Source: Eubacteriales bacterium
GTDB taxonomy: Bacteria > Bacillota > Clostridia > Oscillospirales > CAG-272
Length of the DNA: 64,000 nt
Assembly (NCBI GenBank): GCA_045120465.1
Contig: JBGVEW010000048.1
Location: 12,495 to 76,494, forward strand
Direction of reading: 5' to 3'
The notes under the pieces: model-generated
The model's input: the letters and a program-made list of their open reading frames with translations, nothing else
Told to the model about the DNA's origin: nothing
The model's database searches: none
Program-made: the position numbers and the translations under genes
Shown: piece by piece, positions 59,801 to 64,000 of the stretch
Layout: every line of letters starts with the position of its first letter
Numbering within the stretch: the first letter of the stretch is position 1

Positions 59801-60591
59801 TCGGGATTGAGATCTTCCAGCGCGCAATCGGGCAGAGGCGTTGTGATGGCATTGAATTTATCATGTGCCAAAATCAAAGTGCCGTTGTAGATGATATCAC
59901 GCGTGGGGTCGGGCTGAACCGTTACGTTCGAGGTGGAACGGTCGAGCGTTACGGGGAAGAGGCACAGAGGTGCACGCACACCGAATTCACCGCCGACAAG
60001 ACAGCCCTGAACAAAAGGATAGCCGATATACAGCTCGTTCTGACCCTTGTCGCGCTGATCGCGGATGGTCTCACGGATCAGGTTGACCAAATTCTTATAT
60101 CTCTCACGAGCGGGATTGGTACGGGGAAGATCCTGATCTGCCGCCTCGGAGATCGTCATAGGTCCGGTGGCATTAAAGAGCAGATCCAAGGGATTGTAGC
60201 GACCCGAAGCGTCAAAAAGATCGACCGCGTATTTGGGCGAGAGCTTAGGGAGAAAGAGCATACGGTTGCTCTTGTTGAGGTTGATCAGCTTTTTGGATAG
60301 CTCGCGCAGAGTCACTTCAACGTCAGATTGCGTCTTGTTTTCGGTGGGGGCTTCGACGTTTGCGTTCAAAAGCTCCAGGAATTCCTCGGCATAGCGTTCT
60401 ACAAAAGCGGGGCCGATGCCACCGATGCTGTTAAAATCCGATGCTTTTCGGGGCTGGAGGCGCACCATCTCGCGCAAGGCGGTGTCGGGGCATACCACGG
60501 GTGTGCGACCCGTTGCTTGCTTTTCACGATCTCTGATGTCCTGGCGCAGTTCAAAAAGGGCTTCGAGCAACCCGTCCAAAAATTGTTCCAT
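56839..60591 (-). CDS. HRDC + SF1B (Upf1/DNA2-like) helicase + C-terminal DUF559/Vsr-like restriction-endonuclease-fold domain protein (1250 aa)
   Basis: ATG 60591 follows RBS GAAGGAAGGA; the tracked TTG at 60633 lies at or upstream of the predicted TSS. HRDC-like N-terminus (PVVCPDTALREMVRLQPRKASDFNSIGGIGPAFVERYAEEFLELL). Walker A GPPGTGKS (59353-59376). DEASQ, VIAGDHKQLRPS, THYRS, SVQGDERDVIVFS and LNVAISRAKKK helicase motifs. C-terminal YRIDIAV...LGIECDG (ECDG at 57004-57015). Confidence 0.85.
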   Translation of the reverse strand: MEQFLDGLLEALFELRQDIRDREKQATGRTPVVCPDTALREMVRLQPRKASDFNSIGGIGPAFVERYAEEFLELLNANVEAPTENKTQSDVEVTLRELSKKLINLNKSNRMLFLPKLSPKYAVDLFDASGRYNPLDLLFNATGPMTISEAADQDLPRTNPARERYKNLVNLIRETIRDQRDKGQNELYIGYPFVQGCLVGGEFGVRAPLCLFPVTLDRSTSNVTVQPDPTRDIIYNGTLILAHDKFNAITTPLPDCALEDLNPDTFLQNLLDFYEKNDIRIEYSSDELKKFTEYPGESFPHYTRGTLKLVHNIVIGKFPAYSNSIQRDFDEILDKGLINRLVSDLVSDYGSIDFYSDHAGDDLEINSPGKKLDISENSLVYINALNSAQEAVLHALADKDEVVVEGPPGTGKSQTITSLITQFVDQGKTVLMVSEKKTALDVVYSRLGNLSRYAMMMDDPNNKNLFYSQLERLLLSTDANVPLEAPDLSPISAEIDADVATLEVIAEKLFQPGEFGIAPYKLYMENRRINLQNHEQIKTYKTIRTVITDELLNLKYDEINAIHKRFANGQLTNSLDHYQLTIERYPWFLKMKDDLSNYDLILFSDAIDEMILKVDEWRNQSFLKRQTSKGRLTKDIQNLTKDYFQKINASYAVRLMMEQPEAVKQSLKEFTAGYANLKPIVMSLTAHENIYLAALRKIHKICGGTVTEWNDELYNTILFEYIQKFESENRTLIPKLDSFEKIISTIESNIQIKKDLARQRITKLLADDIKYITTSKRKGEISRAVESRRRSSVGKFIQKFDFELFKAIKVWLMTPDAVSEILPQQNDLFDLLIFDEASQLYVEKSIPSLIRAKKVVIAGDHKQLRPSSLGEGRFDMEDMLDEDAEISAALEEESLLDLARFRYPDVLLNTHYRSKYEELIDFSNYAFYKGRLFVAPNTDTPEKPPIEVHQVGDAVWQGRSNRKEAEKVVELLKDFFATRRENETIGIIAFNASQRDMIYDVIDEESVKDPAFATAIRAEMARKDNGEDTGLFVKNIESVQGDERDVIVFSIGYAKNTSGRLMHNFGWLNQKGGENRLNVAISRAKKKIHIVTSFRPSELMLDDAKNDGPRILKRYLEYAFAISNGNKEEAEIILRSFGETYGIVAAPLETEFAQKVADSLREKGYEIDTQVGIGGYRIDIAVRKNGKYVLGIECDGKLYSVASSARERDYHRQKYLESRGWTIKRIWSMDWWRDPQRVIYNICSLVDGLE

Positions 60592-60636
60592 GTAAACAGT
60601 CCTTCCTTCTTTATGCGTAAAAAACTCTATCAATTA

Positions 60637-60665
60637 AGTATATCATACTTTTGCAAAACCGTCAA
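60637..60665 (-). promoter_or_regulatory. Putative sigma-A promoter of the helicase-nuclease gene
   Basis: Minus strand TTGACG, 17 nt, TATACT. Confidence 0.5.
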
Positions 60666-60829
60666 GTCGTTTTTGAAAGTTCTTCACGAGAAAGTTGAGA
60701 TTTTGCGTTTTTTTGCGCTTTTCTTCCGCCTGCCAAAGCCGTTTGAAGAGGGAATGGTTTTCGGCAACTCGATTTTTTTGAAAATGTAAAAAAAATCATA
60801 AAAAAATTGAAAAAAATTTCAAAAACCTC

Positions 60830-60858
60830 TTGCGTATTCTTGGAAAATAGTATATAAT
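60830..60858 (+). promoter_or_regulatory. Putative dcw-cluster promoter (Pmra-like)
   Basis: TTGCGT, 17 nt, TATAAT. Preceded by four helically phased A-tracts (60788-60825). Confidence 0.6.
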
Positions 60859-60866
60859 ATACTTAC

Positions 60867-60902
60867 AAGTGGTGCAAAGTGGAGAAAAATGTTTCAAAGT
60901 GG
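60867..60902 (+). promoter_or_regulatory. Putative MraZ operator: AAGTGG direct repeats
   Basis: AAGTGG at 60867, 60877 and 60897, with a degenerate AAATGT at 60887. The 10-nt phasing sits immediately downstream of the -10 element and upstream of mraZ. Confidence 0.6.
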
Positions 60903-60953
60903 AGCAAAATACCACTCAAAAACCACAAACGAGCAGGAAAGGGGGAGCGAAAA

Positions 60954-61376
60954 ATGCTGGCAGGTGAATACCGTCACGGTCTGGATGCAAAAAATCGAAT
61001 CTTTATACCCGCCAAGCTTCGTGAGGAGCTGGGGCAAACCATTCTCGTTGCCAAAAACATCCGCGAAAAGTGCCTCAAGGTTTATTCGCTCACCGAGTGG
61101 GAAAAATACATCGGTCCTTTGCAGGAGCAAAACCGTAAGCTTTCCGAAAAGCTGATGCGTTTTATCTATCCCACCCTTCTGCAAGCCACCCCCGATTCCC
61201 AAGGTCGAATCGTTCTGACGGGGGAATTGATCGGGCACGCCGAAATCGACCGCAACGTGGTAATCGTCGGTTGCGGAAAATATGCCGAAATCTGGTCGGA
61301 GGAGCTTTACGACGCAACCATGAGTGATATCGACGTAGATGAGCTCGTTGCCGAACTGGAAAGCCTCGGATATTAA
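60954..61376 (+). CDS. mraZ: Transcriptional regulator MraZ
   Basis: MLAGEYRHGLDAKNRIFIPAKLREEL and a second DSQGRIVL repeat form the duplicated DXXXR SpoVT/AbrB-like motifs. Confidence 0.95.
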   Translation: MLAGEYRHGLDAKNRIFIPAKLREELGQTILVAKNIREKCLKVYSLTEWEKYIGPLQEQNRKLSEKLMRFIYPTLLQATPDSQGRIVLTGELIGHAEIDRNVVIVGCGKYAEIWSEELYDATMSDIDVDELVAELESLGY

Positions 61377-61408
61377 AGATATTAAAATGGTAAGGAAAGG
61401 AGCACCAC

Positions 61409-62356
61409 ATGGAGGAGCAGATCAATTTTTCGCACCGCTCGGTGCTCTTGGATGAATGTATCGAGGCGCTCTCTATCCGCCCAAACGGTATTTACGTGGA
61501 CGGAACGGCAGGCGGCGCGGGTCATAGCTTTGTCATCGCATCGCATCTTGGCGAGGGTGGAAAGCTTTTGGCACTCGATCAGGATGAAACGGCAGTCAAG
61601 GTTGCTACCGAACGTTTGTCGGTTTACGGCAATCGTGCCGAGGTGGTTCACACCAATTTCCGCAATCTTGCATCGGTTTGTGAGGAGCGGGGAATTGAGC
61701 ACATCGACGGACTCCTTTTGGATCTCGGTGTTTCTTCCTATCAATTGGATACTGCCGAGCGCGGCTTTTCTTACCGTGCCGACGCACCATTGGATATGCG
61801 AATGGACGTGAATAATCCACTCGATGCCAAAAAAATTGTCAACGAATACAGCGAGGACGCCCTGCGACGCATCCTCTACGAATATGGGGAGGAGCGTTTT
61901 TCTTCCCGCATCGCATCAAACATTATCCGCGCAAGAGAATCGAAGACGATCGAGACCACCGGGGAACTGGTCGAAATCGTTAAACGTTCGGTTCCCGCGC
62001 CTTCGGGAAAAGGCGGACACCATCCGGCAATGCGGACGTTTCAGGCATTACGGATTGAGGTAAATGCTGAGCTGGATGTGATCGCACCTGCGATCAAGTC
62101 CGCCGTATCCCTCTTAAATCCGGGTGGCAGAATTGCCATCATTACCTTCCATTCCTTGGAGGATCGTATCGTCAAGCAGACCTTTGCCTCTCTGTTGGGC
62201 GGATGTACCTGCCCAAAGAGCTTTCCGGTGTGCGTTTGCGGAAATCGCCCGCAAATTGCGTTGGTCAATCGCAAACCGATCTTGCCGTCAAACGAGGAAT
62301 TGGAACAAAATCCGCGCTCGCACAGCGCAAAGCTGAGAGTGGCGGAAAAGCTGTAA
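61409..62356 (+). CDS. rsmH: 16S rRNA (cytosine1402-N4)-methyltransferase
   Basis: HRSVLLDE, YVDGTAGGAGHS, LLDLGVSSYQLD and ITFHSLEDR motifs. Confidence 0.96.
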   Translation: MEEQINFSHRSVLLDECIEALSIRPNGIYVDGTAGGAGHSFVIASHLGEGGKLLALDQDETAVKVATERLSVYGNRAEVVHTNFRNLASVCEERGIEHIDGLLLDLGVSSYQLDTAERGFSYRADAPLDMRMDVNNPLDAKKIVNEYSEDALRRILYEYGEERFSSRIASNIIRARESKTIETTGELVEIVKRSVPAPSGKGGHHPAMRTFQALRIEVNAELDVIAPAIKSAVSLLNPGGRIAIITFHSLEDRIVKQTFASLLGGCTCPKSFPVCVCGNRPQIALVNRKPILPSNEELEQNPRSHSAKLRVAEKL

Positions 62357-62393
62357 GTACTGTTTTTTAAAATGAAAAGAAAGGAGTCGGCAT

Positions 62394-63296
62394 ATGGATA
62401 CGGCAATCGATCCTTCAATGAAATACGAGGAGTCTCTCAAGTCGCTGAGCATCAGTGCTTCGGCACAGATTTCCGCCATGGAAGCACGCTATGCTTGCCG
62501 CGGAATCGTCAAGGCAGTACAAACCGATGCCGATTACCAAGAAAAGAAAGAAAACGAGACGAGCGCACTTGAACCGCTTGCGTACCGTCTGTCCGCTCTT
62601 TGCGACCGTGGATTGGACGCGAGATACCGCGACGCCGACGGTGAAATGCACGAGGAGCAACTTCTTACCTATATCAATGATACGCGCGCGCTACGCACGC
62701 GCGAGACGGATTTTGCCGAAGCCGCTCCGAGTGACGAGGCGGTATATGCCCAAGAGGCGGAAAAACCTTGTGTGTCGGTAGTCAAGGGGGATGGCAGAGA
62801 GAGTGCAGGGGAGCGGATCGCAAAGCTTCCGTCAACATTGCCGTCTTTGGTAGCCTCATTGCCTGCCAAAGCCATCAAAACGGTTCGTGCGTCTTATGCC
62901 GATTGGTTCAATCCGCAACGTGCTGACACAAAAAAGAATACACATCGCTTTCCCGTGTCCGCTTTTGCGGCAATTTTGGCGGTGGCAATGTCCTTGATGC
63001 TGGTTGTAGCGAGCTCGGTTTTGGTCAACCAGGGCGAGAACCGTGTCAATGCCTTGAAAATGGAGCTTTCCGATATGGGAGGCGAGGTTGCGGAGCTGAA
63101 ATCCGATCTGGAGGTCAAAAACGATCTTTTGAAATTGCGCGAGGTCGCAACCCGCGAGTACGGCATGGTTGGTGAGGAATTCGTCCGCATGGACTATCTT
63201 TCTATCGGTGAGGGGGATTCGATCGAGGTGTTTGAGGAAGAACCCGAAAAAACCGTTGGCCTTGGCGCTCTTTTGAGTGCGATCGGACTCAAATAA
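62394..63296 (+). CDS. FtsL-like cell division protein with a long N-terminal cytoplasmic extension
   Basis: Sits at the dcw position of ftsL. A single TM segment (VSAFAAILAVAMSLMLVVASSVLV) is followed by a coiled coil (NRVNALKMELSDMGGEVAELKSDLEVKNDLLKLRE). About 195 aa precede the TM segment. Confidence 0.55.
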   Translation: MDTAIDPSMKYEESLKSLSISASAQISAMEARYACRGIVKAVQTDADYQEKKENETSALEPLAYRLSALCDRGLDARYRDADGEMHEEQLLTYINDTRALRTRETDFAEAAPSDEAVYAQEAEKPCVSVVKGDGRESAGERIAKLPSTLPSLVASLPAKAIKTVRASYADWFNPQRADTKKNTHRFPVSAFAAILAVAMSLMLVVASSVLVNQGENRVNALKMELSDMGGEVAELKSDLEVKNDLLKLREVATREYGMVGEEFVRMDYLSIGEGDSIEVFEEEPEKTVGLGALLSAIGLK

Positions 63297-63402
63297 ACCG
63301 ATTTTGGTCATAACTTGCGGCATAGCAACATAAAATAAATAGGACAAGAGGGCAGGCGCGATTCCGTCTCCCTTTCTGAAACCGTCGGAAAGGAGCTGAC
63401 AA

Positions 63403-64000
63403 ATGGAAGAAAAGGACCCGCAAAACACACAAAAGAGCAATGACAATCTACATCCCAAGCTCGTCAGCCGATCGGCTGTTTTGCTGGGATTTGCTGTCTT
63501 GCTCTTTTCCGCGCTTTTAATCCGTATTTTGCTGTTGCAAACGGTGGATTATTCACACTACCGCCAAAAGGTACTGGAGCAAATGACCACCGAATCTCGC
63601 GTCAGCGCGTCTCGCGGCAATCTTTACGATGCCAACGGTGCGATCCTTGCCAAAAACGTTTCTACCTATCGCGTTTTTATTTCTCCTTCAACGATTGCGC
63701 GCGCGCAAAGCGAACATAACAAAAACGGGAGCAATATCCGCTTGGATACTTTGATTTCCGAGCATCTGGCGGCAATTCTCAACGTAGATTACGCATTCGT
63801 CATGAAGCAGATGACCTATACCAACGTGCTTGACCGCACGATTGAGCGAGGGGTGGATAAGGATCGAGCAGAGGACGTTCGCGCGTTTATCGCGGAATAT
63901 GGACTTGAGCAGATGATCTATTTGGAAAGCACACATACCCGTTACTATCCCTATTCGGATCTTGCGTCCCACACGCTTGGATTTACGGGGAGTGACGGAA
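63403..64000 (+). CDS. Class B penicillin-binding protein (FtsI/SpoVD-like), N-terminal part; 3' end cut by window edge
   Basis: My own translation from ATG 63403 (after RBS GGAAAGGAG) gives a TM anchor, then RGNLYDANGAILA and RYYPYSDLASHTLGFTGSDG, the PBP dimerisation-domain motifs. The frame is open to the window end. Confidence 0.85.
   Translation, partial: MEEKDPQNTQKSNDNLHPKLVSRSAVLLGFAVLLFSALLIRILLLQTVDYSHYRQKVLEQMTTESRVSASRGNLYDANGAILAKNVSTYRVFISPSTIARAQSEHNKNGSNIRLDTLISEHLAAILNVDYAFVMKQMTYTNVLDRTIERGVDKDRAEDVRAFIAEYGLEQMIYLESTHTRYYPYSDLASHTLGFTGSDG

Noticed and set aside
56815-60300. Three long plus-strand ORFs (56815..57873, 58009..58827, 58861..60300) opposite the helicase-nuclease gene
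   Set aside because: All lie in register with the minus-strand ORF, which carries a complete ordered set of SF1 helicase motifs. The antisense products are featureless.

Overview
This is a 64-kb chromosomal segment that looks like a spore-forming anaerobic Firmicute of Clostridia type. Supporting gene content: spoIVA, gpr, spoIIP, a SpoVB-like flippase, rubredoxin, rubrerythrin, a V-type ATPase and a T-box leader. I call about 58 protein genes, nearly all core or housekeeping. They include a complete V-ATPase operon ntpIKECFABD (1-7503); an AraC-linked hexuronate locus (7541-16370: GH2 hexuronidase, uxaB, uxaA, beta-propeller, uxaC, TIM-barrel); and dinB plus a murE/racemase cluster. They also include rubrerythrin, azlCD, pheST behind a Phe T-box, an orphan peptide-type binding lipoprotein, a CI-like repressor with RadC, eno, GTP-PEPCK, rsmE, greA and a 1250-aa helicase-nuclease. 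The window ends with the start of the dcw cluster (mraZ-rsmH-ftsL-like-PBP, PBP cut by the window end). I saw no rRNA, tRNA, CRISPR array, transposase, integrase or prophage block. I did not find an unambiguous novel multi-gene system. The best second-look candidates are five. (1) A translationally coupled ATP-grasp-fragment / Asp-racemase / MurE(DNPG) cluster, hinting at non-DAP, D-Asp peptidoglycan chemistry. (2) A stand-alone HRDC + SF1B helicase + REase-like protein. (3) A CI/HdiR-like repressor-RadC operon facing a glycine-zipper membrane protein driven by a consensus promoter. (4) A promoter / structured region / terminator unit, or a leaderless 46-aa sORF, upstream of eno. (5) A GH2 hexuronidase wired to the galacturonate (uxaABC) branch, with two unassigned enzymes. 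The very long antisense ORFs in the track (up to 1145 aa) are explained as codon-register shadow frames. All family assignments come from reading motifs by eye; no database search was possible.
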